Virus record (IMG/VR): IMGVR_UViG_3300008050_000024
Location: 39,869-103,868 of that record
Direction: 5' to 3' (one strand)
DNA from: a virus
Length of the DNA: 64,000 nucleotides
A model generated the notes under the pieces. That model searched no databases, had not been told where the DNA came from, and saw only the letters and a list, made by a program, of their open reading frames with translations. Of this stretch, positions 7,748 through 17,645 are shown in pieces; positions within the stretch are counted from its first letter, which is position 1; every line of letters starts with the position of its first letter. Both the position numbers and the translations under genes were made by a program.

Positions 7748-9353
7748 ATCGGAACGAGCACAGGCACAGAGGGACAGGATCAAACAAGATGCTGTTGCCT
7801 CTCAATCAAAAGGAGCGGATTACTTAGGAAATTCCAAGTTTCCTATAAAGACGCTCAACCTCAAAACAGGCACCCATTTTTTGGATTTCATGCCCTATGA
7901 TGTTACTATGGAGGGATCTCCTCACAAGGTAATACCGGGCGACATTTGGTACAGGAGGAGTATCCTACTTCACCGAAACATCGGTTCAGAAAACATCAAA
8001 CTGGTTTGTCCCAAAACCTTTGGGAAAGATAAACCCTGCCCCATTTGTGCCCATCGTAACTATCTACAAGGGCTCGGAGATCCTTCCATGGACGCTCTTA
8101 TCAGCTCGATTAAGCACCATGAACGTACTTTGTTTAATGTGGTGGATCTTAATAATTCGTCCGTGGGTACTCAAATACTGGATGCCGGGGATTTCCTGTT
8201 TACTAACTTAATGATGAAGGAAGTTAATGAGAATGATGATTTCCTCTACTTCACTGAGTTGGAGGGTGGGTATCAAGTCAAAATCCGAATGGATGAGAGT
8301 AGTTTCCAGGGACGCAGTTTTCCAAAGGCTGGTCGATTCGATTTCATACCCAGGGATTACACGTACCCAGAAGCCGCTATGCAGGCTGTTCATGATTTGG
8401 ATGCCATCATCATCGTGCAACCCTATGAAGAAATCAAAGAGTTGTTTTTTGAAGGAGAAGAGCCTCCTGTTGCTGGGGCAACCACTGTTTCTGTTCCTGG
8501 TGCCGTAGCCGGCGCAGCTCCCGCTGCTAATTCTGTTGCGAGTTTTATGCCAGCCGGTGCTGTTCCTTCAGGGACTGCTCCAGGTGCTGCCGCTGTTAGT
8601 CCTCCAGCTTTAGCCACAACGCAACCCGCCGCTCCTCCCGCATCAGTACCAGCGGCGCAACAAGCCGCACCGGGACCAGTAGCTCAACAAGCAGTACCGG
8701 CGCCAGCAGCTCAACAGGCCGCCGCTCCTGCGCCGGCTACTCCTGGAGTAATAACAAGAGACCCCATGCCAGAACAAAAGGCGAATGAGGCTCCCACGCA
8801 AACAGCTCCTCTAGCCACGGCACCTCAACGCACAAACCCTCCCGGGACTGTAGCTGCTCAAGCCCCTCCCGCTGCTCCTCCTGCTGGGATACAGAGAAGT
8901 GCCCCTGCCGGAGCGGCAATCACTCAACCTACCGAAATACCAACTCCCCCAAAAAAGGCGCCTCCTGGTCCTACCGGATATGAGCCTTGTATTGCCTGCC
9001 AAGAAACAGGCGTACCCTCAAATGGAATTGGTGACTGTTTCCCTTGCAAAGGATTTGGTTGGTTGACTGTGCAGGCCCCCCCTGCACAGCAACCACCCGC
9101 CCAGCCTCCTGCGGTTTCCCCTCAAGCTGTTGCACCCCCAGCAGCGACTCCCCCGCAGGAGGCTCCAGTAAATCAAGTTCCCGCCCCAGCAGCACAAGTG
9201 CCCGTGCAACAACAGGCCGCTACTCCGGGAGGAACGTGTCCAGATCCCGCTGGTACCTTTGGTGTTTCTACAAACGACATTCCCGCCTGTACAGCCTGCC
9301 CCTTATGGGAAGCTTGTGCGGATCGTAAGTTCGGAGACACCGTCCCATTCTAG
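7740..9353 (+). CDS. gp32-like single-stranded DNA-binding protein with long Pro/Ala/Gln linker and C-terminal Cys modules
   Basis: N-domain H...CPKTFGKDKPCPIC Zn motif and FNVVD; low-complexity linker; start 7740 preferred (SD GGAGG, overlaps upstream gene). Confidence 0.7.
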   Translation: MNRSERAQAQRDRIKQDAVASQSKGADYLGNSKFPIKTLNLKTGTHFLDFMPYDVTMEGSPHKVIPGDIWYRRSILLHRNIGSENIKLVCPKTFGKDKPCPICAHRNYLQGLGDPSMDALISSIKHHERTLFNVVDLNNSSVGTQILDAGDFLFTNLMMKEVNENDDFLYFTELEGGYQVKIRMDESSFQGRSFPKAGRFDFIPRDYTYPEAAMQAVHDLDAIIIVQPYEEIKELFFEGEEPPVAGATTVSVPGAVAGAAPAANSVASFMPAGAVPSGTAPGAAAVSPPALATTQPAAPPASVPAAQQAAPGPVAQQAVPAPAAQQAAAPAPATPGVITRDPMPEQKANEAPTQTAPLATAPQRTNPPGTVAAQAPPAAPPAGIQRSAPAGAAITQPTEIPTPPKKAPPGPTGYEPCIACQETGVPSNGIGDCFPCKGFGWLTVQAPPAQQPPAQPPAVSPQAVAPPAATPPQEAPVNQVPAPAAQVPVQQQAATPGGTCPDPAGTFGVSTNDIPACTACPLWEACADRKFGDTVPF

Positions 9354-9388
9354 ATTGCAAAGGGATTGGAACGGAAAGGAAAATAGTT

Positions 9389-9802
9389 GTGAATGAGTTA
9401 GATGAAAACCTATTAGAAGACCCGCCAACAAAGAAGAGTTCCAAGTATTTTGCTGCTTGGACTAAGCCGGAGATTGTGGATCGTTTGGATTTAGCATGGG
9501 CAAGTACAGGCGCTCGTAGCCGGGCCCATTGCTTGAAAGCACTGGTTAATGATTTTATTAACCAAGCCAGTAATTCTGAGGATCGATGCATTACACGGAT
9601 GGCGGAGGAAATGGCGAACGTCTGGCTAACTCGCACGTTTCAATCCCTCCCCGGTTTTTTAGACGAAGTGCGTCTAAAGTACACAAAGATGAAACTACCA
9701 ACAAAGTACATTGAACAGGTATGTGAAAAGATAAAGGTTATAATCAATGAAAAGAACGAACACGCCCGACGAGCAAACTTCGGAACCCCCGAAAATAAGT
9801 AG
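9389..9802 (+). CDS. Putative ribbon-helix-helix DNA-binding protein
   Basis: EIVDRLD...SRAHCLKALV pattern resembles CopG/RHH. Confidence 0.4.
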   Translation: MNELDENLLEDPPTKKSSKYFAAWTKPEIVDRLDLAWASTGARSRAHCLKALVNDFINQASNSEDRCITRMAEEMANVWLTRTFQSLPGFLDEVRLKYTKMKLPTKYIEQVCEKIKVIINEKNEHARRANFGTPENK

Positions 9803-11009
9803 AACGCCGATAGCAGCAGGACCGCCTGTTGCTGCTGTTCCAGCCCTTGTTCAGGATGTTGCGCCGGTTATGCAAAGAATCCCCGGGACTGTACCAGCCG
9901 CTGCTCCCGTCCAAAGAGAAGCCCCTGGCGCATCGATGTGCGGAGCAGTTCTTCCTGACAACTATATCGTATTTCCTACAGGATCATCACTTCTTAATAC
10001 ATACATGGCCCGTGATACGGGTTTGGGAGGATTTGCCTCTGGAACGATTTCGAACGTGGTAGGAGATTCTGGTGGAGGCAAAACATTGCTGGCATTATCG
10101 TGTTTTGCCGAAATGGCTAAAAACCCGAAATTCAATGATTATCGATTTATCTTCGATGACGCTGAGCACGCCCTTGCCTTCGATTTAGAAACCATGTTTG
10201 GAGCAGAAGTAGCTCGGCGCATAGAACCTCCTAGAGAACCCAGAGATGCCAATGATAACGGCAGTTCGGCTACTGTTGAAGAATGGATGGATAACATGCA
10301 TGCTGCAGGGGCGGACGGTCGTCCTTTCTTTTACGTGTTAGATTCTTTAGATGCATTGCCGAGCGAAGACGAGCTTGATCAGATTGAAGACGAAAGAAAA
10401 GCAAGGCAAGGCGGTAAAGAAACTTCTGGGTCATACGGTACGGCTAAGGCTAAGCGAGTAGGACAGGCCATACGTACGAGCTTAAAGCTAACAGACAACA
10501 CAAGTTCCCATATAATGATTCTCTCGCAGACTAGGGATAAAATTGGAGGATACGGGGGTAAGGGACGCAGTGGCGGGAAGGGTTTACAGTTCTTCTCCTC
10601 CCATGTCCTCTGGGTGTCCATTAAAGCGTCAATAAAACGCACTGTCAATAAAATGGAATTTGAGGTAGGGCGCACGATTGAAGTGCTTTTAGACAAGAAC
10701 AAAACAGGGGGCATTCGCCGTAAATTCCTAGTCAATATTTTAGACCACTACGGAATTGACGATTTGCTTAGTATGTTGCAATACCTGGAAGCATGTGGTT
10801 GCATAGGACACGAAATAGACCCAAAGACTAAAAAGCCAAAGAAAAGCAGTCTACACTTTGAGGAACTGGGTTTAACCGGTGTTCCCGATACCATCATAAA
10901 AAGAATAGAAGAAAATGGATGGGAGTCTCGGGTTCAATCGATTCTAGTTCGTTGGGTAGCCAAAGTTGAAAAAAGTGTGTTAAAAGGAAGGAAGCCCCGG
11001 TACGCATGA
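9747..11009 (+). CDS. recA: RecA/UvsX-like recombinase
   Basis: PTGSSLLN, Walker A GDSGGGKT, DAEHA, Walker B VLDSLDAL, SQTR, GGKGLQFFSS, KNK. Confidence 0.9.
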   Translation: MKRTNTPDEQTSEPPKISRTPIAAGPPVAAVPALVQDVAPVMQRIPGTVPAAAPVQREAPGASMCGAVLPDNYIVFPTGSSLLNTYMARDTGLGGFASGTISNVVGDSGGGKTLLALSCFAEMAKNPKFNDYRFIFDDAEHALAFDLETMFGAEVARRIEPPREPRDANDNGSSATVEEWMDNMHAAGADGRPFFYVLDSLDALPSEDELDQIEDERKARQGGKETSGSYGTAKAKRVGQAIRTSLKLTDNTSSHIMILSQTRDKIGGYGGKGRSGGKGLQFFSSHVLWVSIKASIKRTVNKMEFEVGRTIEVLLDKNKTGGIRRKFLVNILDHYGIDDLLSMLQYLEACGCIGHEIDPKTKKPKKSSLHFEELGLTGVPDTIIKRIEENGWESRVQSILVRWVAKVEKSVLKGRKPRYA

Positions 11010-11908
11010 TTTTGTTCGTTGATTGTAGTAATCTCTGCCACGCCGCCGCACACACGACGGGTGATCTAGAATTGGAAGGAAAAAAAGTAGGGGTCATATT
11101 CGGATTCTTACAGAAGTTCCTATCCATTCTAAGGGAACGCCCGCAACCACCCTCCGCAATCGTGTTTACTTGGGATACTAGACGTCATGAGAATTACAGG
11201 AGGCGCATATATCCCAAGTATAAGGCCCAGAGACAGGCAGAACCGGGCAAAGAGATTGATTATGATCAATTTACCCAGTTGCGTACTGAAGTTCTTCCCA
11301 ATATGGGATTTGCTAATCAGTGGCACCAAAAAGGATATGAAGCCGATGACTTAATGGCTCAGGGCGTCCTATGCTATCCACAGGAACATCATACCATAAT
11401 TTCTACTGATACAGACTTGTACCAACTACTTCGACCGAGCGTAGATATCATCAAACCAAAAACCCGTTTGAAGTTTACGTTGAAAGATTTTGAAGAACTG
11501 TTCGGAACAACGGATATGTCCCTGTTTATACAGGCAAAAAGCCTTGCCGGAGACAATTCAGACAACATCACAGGAATTGACGGTATCGGCGTACCCACCG
11601 CTATGAAATTTCTAACAGGGAAACTATTCAAAGGCAAAAAATACGATGCTTTGGTGGATCCACAATACACACATCAAACATCCTTAAATTCACGTTTAAT
11701 CTGTTTGCCCTACAAACAAGCAGAAGATCCAATCAAGATTCCGCACATCCAAGGAGATCCCATAGATTGGCCCACTATTTCTGCAGTATTAAAATCATTC
11801 AAATTTGAACGAATACTGATGCAAAACAGAGGGCATTACGCTGGAAAAACCGTAGATGAAAAAATGAGAAGAGTAGGAATAGCAAGGAAAGGATTTTTTA
11901 ATGACTAG
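11006..11908 (+). CDS. 5'-3' exonuclease / flap endonuclease (T4 RNase H / PolI N-domain type)
   Basis: FVDCSN, YPKYKAQR, EADD, STDTDLYQL, GDNSDNITGIDGIG (H3TH). Confidence 0.92.
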   Translation: MILFVDCSNLCHAAAHTTGDLELEGKKVGVIFGFLQKFLSILRERPQPPSAIVFTWDTRRHENYRRRIYPKYKAQRQAEPGKEIDYDQFTQLRTEVLPNMGFANQWHQKGYEADDLMAQGVLCYPQEHHTIISTDTDLYQLLRPSVDIIKPKTRLKFTLKDFEELFGTTDMSLFIQAKSLAGDNSDNITGIDGIGVPTAMKFLTGKLFKGKKYDALVDPQYTHQTSLNSRLICLPYKQAEDPIKIPHIQGDPIDWPTISAVLKSFKFERILMQNRGHYAGKTVDEKMRRVGIARKGFFND

Positions 11909-12512
11909 TGGTAGTAGAAAAGGTTCGGGGGAAGAAAGAACTATATGCAAAATATTATCTCTTTGGTGGTCAGACGGGGAAGACGACAACGTATTTTATC
12001 GAACCGATGGATCAGGTGGAAGGGCTACTCGAAGAGCACAAAGAGGACAAAGCACTGCGGGCGCTTACGGCGATGTCGGCGCCACAAGTCCTACTGGCCA
12101 GCCCCTTTTAGATCGCACCGTAATAGAAATAAAAACAGGGTACAAGGGATGGAACATACAGGACTTGATCGACAGTCCCATGCGGAAAGGCGTACGCTCA
12201 GAGCAAACATACGAGCGTTTCCTGTTACAATGTATGCAAGACCGTCAGTTGGCTGTTGCGGCAGGGCTTCCTATTATCGGATGCACCGTCATAGCCAAAA
12301 GAAACGGAAGAAGGCGTACCATCTCTATTGAAGCACCTCTATACAATCATATCCAGGAAATGCAAGGTCCCTGGCCTGAATTTACTCGAATGATACTCAA
12401 GGCTTTCACTCCTGTTACCTGGACGGTCCCGCTTCCACATGATTCGATTATGATGGACTTTGAGGACTTCTTAAAATGGGTACAACCCTCGTCACTTGGA
12501 GGACAGGAATGA
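11901..12512 (+). CDS. Holliday junction resolvase, PD-(D/E)xK type
   Basis: SRKGSGEER, GDV, IEIK motifs typical of Hjc-like phage resolvases. Confidence 0.7.
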   Translation: MTSGSRKGSGEERTICKILSLWWSDGEDDNVFYRTDGSGGRATRRAQRGQSTAGAYGDVGATSPTGQPLLDRTVIEIKTGYKGWNIQDLIDSPMRKGVRSEQTYERFLLQCMQDRQLAVAAGLPIIGCTVIAKRNGRRRTISIEAPLYNHIQEMQGPWPEFTRMILKAFTPVTWTVPLPHDSIMMDFEDFLKWVQPSSLGGQE

Positions 12513-13774
12513 GCCAACCGCCCTCCGGACATATGATGGGCTTTGGCGGTAAAAACTGGCAGGCCCATTCGGACACGCAAATAGAACTGCATCATGGAAT
12601 CAATGTATTTACCGGGATATCTAATAATGGGAAATCGACTCTATTGCGTATTCTTTATTGGTTGCTTTTTAATGAGTACCGAGGAGATTGGTACCGATCA
12701 TGGTGGGGAGGGGACACAGAGGCTTATGCCCTGTTTGAAGGAAGAACACGCATTTCCCGGGTAAAGACAAACTCCGACGACGTGTATCGGATACAGACTT
12801 TAGCCGGAATAAATGAATTTCGAGCCTTTAGCCGCTCTGTTCCTACAGAGATTGAGTCTTTCATCAATATGTCCGAATGTAATATCCAAAAGCAACTCGG
12901 AAAGCATTTCATGTTAGCTGATCGTCCTGTAGACGTAGCCAAGTACCTAAATAGGCTAGTCAAATTAGATGACATGGAACTGGCGTTGCATAACATATCT
13001 AAAATGCTTACCCGGGAAAAATCAAGCAGATCTCACGAAAAAGAAAACCTAAAAAGACTTGAAGCAGGTTTTGCCGAGTTCCTGGGATTGGATGTTGTTG
13101 AGGCTGCTGTAGCCAAACTAGAAAATATGGACAAGATGCGTGTCCAGATGATTAACGAAAGGACGCAAATAGAAGGGCTTGTATCACAAGCAGAGAGCGT
13201 CCAAAAATCCATTGATAAGAATCAACATCTACTTACCGTGGAAAAGGAATTGCAAGGAGTATTAGAACTAGTAAGACAGCACAAAGAGTGTCAGCAAGAG
13301 ATACTCACTTTGAAAAACGTATCTACGGATATAACTACTCGAGAAAAGCTAGTATCAGAACAAATAGACCGAAATAACGTACTGGCACAAATCCTTAAAG
13401 ATCTAGAAAGTCTTTTGGCTCAAACGAAACAACTCGACAAAGTGCGAGCCGAAAGATCTGAGTTAATCTTGATGGTTAGTGATGTTGAAGCGAAACGCAC
13501 TCTTCTGGAAACCAACGTCCACATGCAGTCCTTTTGGACAGAGCGGGCGGAGGCACTGTTGGGTCTCCAAAAACTAACAGTAGAATTAGAAGCCGTCCAG
13601 ACAGAACACGCCGCTCTAACTGTTGCCGTAAACAATTGCACAAAGACACAAGCAAACATCACAGAAACTCAGACAAGGCTGAGTTCTTTAGAGAAACATC
13701 GAGATGAAATCTTTCCTGATATTTGTCCCCTCTGTAACCAAGTCGTCCATAAGGAGTCCGCCGCATGTCAGTAG
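12509..13774 (+). CDS. sbcC: SbcC/Rad50-like ATPase, N-terminal half (Walker A, coiled coil, Zn hook)
   Basis: NWQAH, GISNNGKS, coiled coil, CPLC near the C-terminus; no Walker B. ATG 12509 overlaps the upstream stop (ATGA). Confidence 0.8.
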   Translation: MSQPPSGHMMGFGGKNWQAHSDTQIELHHGINVFTGISNNGKSTLLRILYWLLFNEYRGDWYRSWWGGDTEAYALFEGRTRISRVKTNSDDVYRIQTLAGINEFRAFSRSVPTEIESFINMSECNIQKQLGKHFMLADRPVDVAKYLNRLVKLDDMELALHNISKMLTREKSSRSHEKENLKRLEAGFAEFLGLDVVEAAVAKLENMDKMRVQMINERTQIEGLVSQAESVQKSIDKNQHLLTVEKELQGVLELVRQHKECQQEILTLKNVSTDITTREKLVSEQIDRNNVLAQILKDLESLLAQTKQLDKVRAERSELILMVSDVEAKRTLLETNVHMQSFWTERAEALLGLQKLTVELEAVQTEHAALTVAVNNCTKTQANITETQTRLSSLEKHRDEIFPDICPLCNQVVHKESAACQ

Positions 13775-14730
13775 ATGGAATTATAGCCAGTGATGTTCAC
13801 ATCCGGGAAGATAGACCATACTGCCGGGTGGACAATTATCAGGCAACACAATGGGATAAGATTGCGCAGATAATGCAAATTCAAGCGCAATTCAAAATTC
13901 CTGTATTTTACGGCGGAGATGTATTTAATGCCTGTAAAAGCTCTCCGGAACTTCTAGCAAAAGCAATGAGACGAATGCCTACAGGGTATATGGTCCCGGG
14001 CCAACACGATCTACCCAACCATAACATGAACTTGATGTATAAAAGCAATTTAGAAGTGATGATGGCGCACGGGACCATGGAATGCGTTTGCAGTAAAGGC
14101 GTTATGGTCACCTACGCTGAATACGCCGGAATAACACGTCCGTATGCCGTATACGGTTTGCCTTGGCGGTATCTGGAAGAGCACGACGAAGTGACCCCAG
14201 AATCCTTTCCTATGCAATACCAAATTGGATCAGAACCCCCTTCTCGCAAAGTACTCATCCTCCACAAATTTGTATATGAAGGAGCCCTTCCCTGGCCAGG
14301 ATGCGAAGAATGTCAACCCGAAGATTTCTTCAAAAAGATTAAAGGCTTTGACCTTATCGTCACAGGGGATCATCATACTCCCATAGTGGCTGAATCGGGA
14401 GACGGTGTTATACTGTGTAATCCAGGGCCGCTAATGAGAATGAAGGCGAATGAAGCGGACTACAAACCCCGTGTCTATTTATGGGATGCCGAGGCTAATC
14501 AAGTAAAGCCGCATTTCTTAACAATAGACGCAGAGGCAGTGTCAAGAGAGCACCTAGACACACAGAAAGAAAAAGATCAACGCATGAACGCCTTTATAGA
14601 TTCATTGCAAGAAGATTTGGAATTGAGTTTAGACTTTCGTGAAAATATGCATAAAGAGATTAGAGAATCAAAAATATCCGAGCCCGTCACGCAGCTCATA
14701 CACAGGTCAATGGAAGAGAGGATTAAGTAA
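13765..14730 (+). CDS. sbcD: SbcD/Mre11-like metallophosphoesterase nuclease
   Basis: SDVH, GGDVFN, PGQHD, ILH, GDHH, NPG motifs. Confidence 0.88.
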   Translation: MSVDGIIASDVHIREDRPYCRVDNYQATQWDKIAQIMQIQAQFKIPVFYGGDVFNACKSSPELLAKAMRRMPTGYMVPGQHDLPNHNMNLMYKSNLEVMMAHGTMECVCSKGVMVTYAEYAGITRPYAVYGLPWRYLEEHDEVTPESFPMQYQIGSEPPSRKVLILHKFVYEGALPWPGCEECQPEDFFKKIKGFDLIVTGDHHTPIVAESGDGVILCNPGPLMRMKANEADYKPRVYLWDAEANQVKPHFLTIDAEAVSREHLDTQKEKDQRMNAFIDSLQEDLELSLDFRENMHKEIRESKISEPVTQLIHRSMEERIK

Positions 14731-15032
14731 TGACTGAAATTAACAGCCAGCAACTAGAGAAAGAGATTCTAGAGCTAAATGAAAAGATAGGAACCGCCCG
14801 GGATACGGTAGCTCGGGAAACTGGTGTTTTAGGGCAGTTGAATAAAAACCTAAGCGAACTAGGCTGCAGCTCAGTAGCAGAAGCCGCCGAGAAGATAAAG
14901 GTCTTGGAACAACGGGAAGTGACACTGACTAAAAAAATTCAAGAACAGTACGCAGACATACAGACTAAACTGCTAACCCCTTCTCCTGACGCACATCCGG
15001 CGCCCCTAGCACCCCCGGGGCTTGGACAGTAA
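14730..15032 (+). CDS. Small coiled-coil protein, possible detached SbcC arm segment
   Basis: Heptad-rich; lies between SbcD and the SbcC C-half. Confidence 0.55.
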   Translation: MTEINSQQLEKEILELNEKIGTARDTVARETGVLGQLNKNLSELGCSSVAEAAEKIKVLEQREVTLTKKIQEQYADIQTKLLTPSPDAHPAPLAPPGLGQ

Positions 15033-15033
15033 C

Positions 15034-15678
15034 ATGGATGCTATTTCTCAAGGCATATCGGGCATACGCACGGCACTCGATAAGACTATTGGTCGTCGAG
15101 AGCAGCTCATGGCTACTGTACAAGCCAGCAGGACGCGTATCGAGGAATTAGAACAGAGCGTCAAAGATCACGAAGAAGCCTGTGCGACAATCAAACACGT
15201 AGCCCAGAAGACACAGGATCAACTGCGGTTCCATGTCACAAACATACCGACAATCGCCCTGGAAACAGTCTTCCCAGAAGAAGACCTCTCAGTCAATCTA
15301 ACATTCGATCAAAAGAGAAATACCACCGAGGCCCTTATCGAGTTTCTAGATTCGAAAATACACCTAGTTGATCCACAAGAAGCCTGTGGAGGCGGGGTAG
15401 GCGATGTGGGATCCTTCGGTTTGCGTATGTCCTCCTGGAAACTAGCCACACCAGCAACACGACCCATTCTAATCCTAGATGAGCCTTTCAAGTTTTTGGA
15501 TAAAACCAAAATAGGACTAGGAGCCCAGATGATCAAAGAACTGAGTGATAAAATGGGAATCCAAATTATTATGGTCACACACTTGACAGAGATGGAAGAT
15601 GTGGCGGATCGTGTTTATGCGGTAAACAAGACTAAGCAAGGCGATTGGCGTGTCGCTAAGGCTGAGAGGAAATTCTAG
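15034..15678 (+). CDS. sbcC: SbcC/Rad50-like ATPase, C-terminal half
   Basis: Coiled coil, then signature-like ACGGGV, Walker B/D-loop ILILDEPF, H-loop IMVTH. Confidence 0.85.
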   Translation: MDAISQGISGIRTALDKTIGRREQLMATVQASRTRIEELEQSVKDHEEACATIKHVAQKTQDQLRFHVTNIPTIALETVFPEEDLSVNLTFDQKRNTTEALIEFLDSKIHLVDPQEACGGGVGDVGSFGLRMSSWKLATPATRPILILDEPFKFLDKTKIGLGAQMIKELSDKMGIQIIMVTHLTEMEDVADRVYAVNKTKQGDWRVAKAERKF

Positions 15679-16127
15679 TGGCTGATTTAGTAGTTACTTT
15701 GCCTCAGATTTCCAAAATATTCAATATTCCTGTATCCAAGCTAAAGCAGTGGCAATTCAGTGGTGTGTTCAATTCTACTACACAATACGCCGATAATTTC
15801 TGTTTCCGGGATATCATCCCTTTGAAGTTATATCTTTGGCTTACGAAAAGCATGCACCCTTCCATTGTAATTGGGATGATATTGCCCCATCTTCAAAAAA
15901 ACTACGATCTAGAAAAACTGCATATCATAAAAGTAGGAAACAATATTATTCCAATAATGACAGACACGGTTGCACAGGTGGGCATGACGGCGCAAGTCCC
16001 CAGAAAAGAAAACGACGACCTCAAAACTTTTGATACTTCAAATCTGTCTATTCCTCACTTCCATATACAGTTTATGAAACAGTTCGAAAAGCTAGCACCT
16101 ATATGGACCAGCCCAGGAGATCAATGA
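15678..16127 (+). CDS. Putative MerR/excisionase-like HTH protein
   Basis: TLPQISKIFNIPVSKLKQWQFSG N-terminus. Confidence 0.45.
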   Translation: MADLVVTLPQISKIFNIPVSKLKQWQFSGVFNSTTQYADNFCFRDIIPLKLYLWLTKSMHPSIVIGMILPHLQKNYDLEKLHIIKVGNNIIPIMTDTVAQVGMTAQVPRKENDDLKTFDTSNLSIPHFHIQFMKQFEKLAPIWTSPGDQ

Positions 16128-16375
16128 AACGACTAATTCCAAACAAACCTATTCGAATATCGGAACAAGACATGGCCAAGGCTATCGGTGTCCCTACCGA
16201 TGTTCTAGAAAATATAGCAAATGTACTCATCTCTTTGCGCCCGGAAGACAGCGTGAATTTAGGCAAAGTCTGTATGACTAAAAAATCAAATAATTGCATA
16301 GAAGTCGTATTGCCCAGACCAATACAATCTCAAGTGATTTACAGGGAGTTAATGGACGCTATTGACAGCCACTAG
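16103..16375 (+). CDS. Hypothetical protein, possible HTH (start probably 16124)
   Basis: SEQDMAKAIGV; coupled to upstream gene. Confidence 0.45.
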   Translation: MDQPRRSMKRLIPNKPIRISEQDMAKAIGVPTDVLENIANVLISLRPEDSVNLGKVCMTKKSNNCIEVVLPRPIQSQVIYRELMDAIDSH

Positions 16376-16409
16376 GACTAAGTAGCCAAACTACGATTCA
16401 TCTAAAAAT

Positions 16410-17645
16410 ATGACAGAAACAACGCACGGTACCCAGCCAATAAAAGCCAGTTCTAAAGTGTATGACAAAGCAGCATCCATTTCCGTACTTGTAGACAAGT
16501 ACCGAGAAGATCCTGATAATAATGGTCAAAGCCTTTTAGATGCATATCTGGCAATTCAAGCAGTTGCACAAAACATCATCCTCAAGGAATCGCCCACCGA
16601 TGCTTGGACTACCTTAGAAGAGGTCAAGATGTGTGCGGAGGAATACGCCGCCTACCTGGTAGAACAGATTATACGCCGGGACGAGTTAATCTTTGAAGGC
16701 GGATCTGCTTATAATTACATCAAGAAAAGCATAATGAAGGTCCTGTCAGAATTTCTTAATCGAAACCAGACTATCGAAGATGTGTACGGAATTGACGAAG
16801 TAACATCATCTCACGGTGAGCCCGACAGTAAGCCCCCTCGAGTCACTTCCAGCTACGTACTACAGCATACCCAAAACTGTGAAGAAACGGCACTTCGTCG
16901 TATTATCCTATCCGAGACAATAGAAAGCGTGATGCTCATCCTGGAACAAGAAGATGTCCCATTGTTTTTCTCTTGGATTATGGGCCGGATTACTAACATC
17001 CGATGTCTGTTGAGTAGACCCCGCCGTATCAAATTCCAAGTATGCAAAAGTTTACTTGTGCATCGAGGGCGCGTGATACTCCAACCAGAAATGGAAGAAC
17101 GGTTGAGTGAAGATTCTCTTGTGTCTTTGGTGTTTATGACCTATCTAACAAAAAGTGATCCAGCCTTAATGTATTTGCCTATGCTAGTTGGCGAAAACAA
17201 TTTTATCAAAATGCTCTGGGCGTTAGCGGGATCGAATATCCGATTCCCCGACAAAGAAGCATTAGAAAATATACACCGCCAGGCATTACAGGTCAGACAC
17301 AGCTCCATTGGTAACTTTTTCATAGGAGAGCATATACTAGCTCATTTAGCCGATAACATTAAACACCTGAAAAATCATACAATAAATCCAGCAAAAGTGA
17401 TAAATGTAACAAATTCTGATCCCCTGGACTTGACACATCATATGGTTTTCACGTACTTTTTAACAGTGTTCAACCGGACACACGATATATCAAAAAAAAT
17501 ACAAGAGAGAATCGACCGAGCCAGCCCAGACGATTTAGAACCTATCGTCAATTTAATGCCCGATTTTATTCGATTGACTACAAATTTAGCGCATCTAATG
17601 AAAGAACTAAACGAACATCTTAATCCACGACAGGAGCTAGCATGA
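16410..17645 (+). CDS. Hypothetical helical protein, possible transcription factor
   Basis: 411 aa; contains a Mor-like segment LVGENNFIKMLWALAGSNIRFP. Confidence 0.4.
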   Translation: MTETTHGTQPIKASSKVYDKAASISVLVDKYREDPDNNGQSLLDAYLAIQAVAQNIILKESPTDAWTTLEEVKMCAEEYAAYLVEQIIRRDELIFEGGSAYNYIKKSIMKVLSEFLNRNQTIEDVYGIDEVTSSHGEPDSKPPRVTSSYVLQHTQNCEETALRRIILSETIESVMLILEQEDVPLFFSWIMGRITNIRCLLSRPRRIKFQVCKSLLVHRGRVILQPEMEERLSEDSLVSLVFMTYLTKSDPALMYLPMLVGENNFIKMLWALAGSNIRFPDKEALENIHRQALQVRHSSIGNFFIGEHILAHLADNIKHLKNHTINPAKVINVTNSDPLDLTHHMVFTYFLTVFNRTHDISKKIQERIDRASPDDLEPIVNLMPDFIRLTTNLAHLMKELNEHLNPRQELA

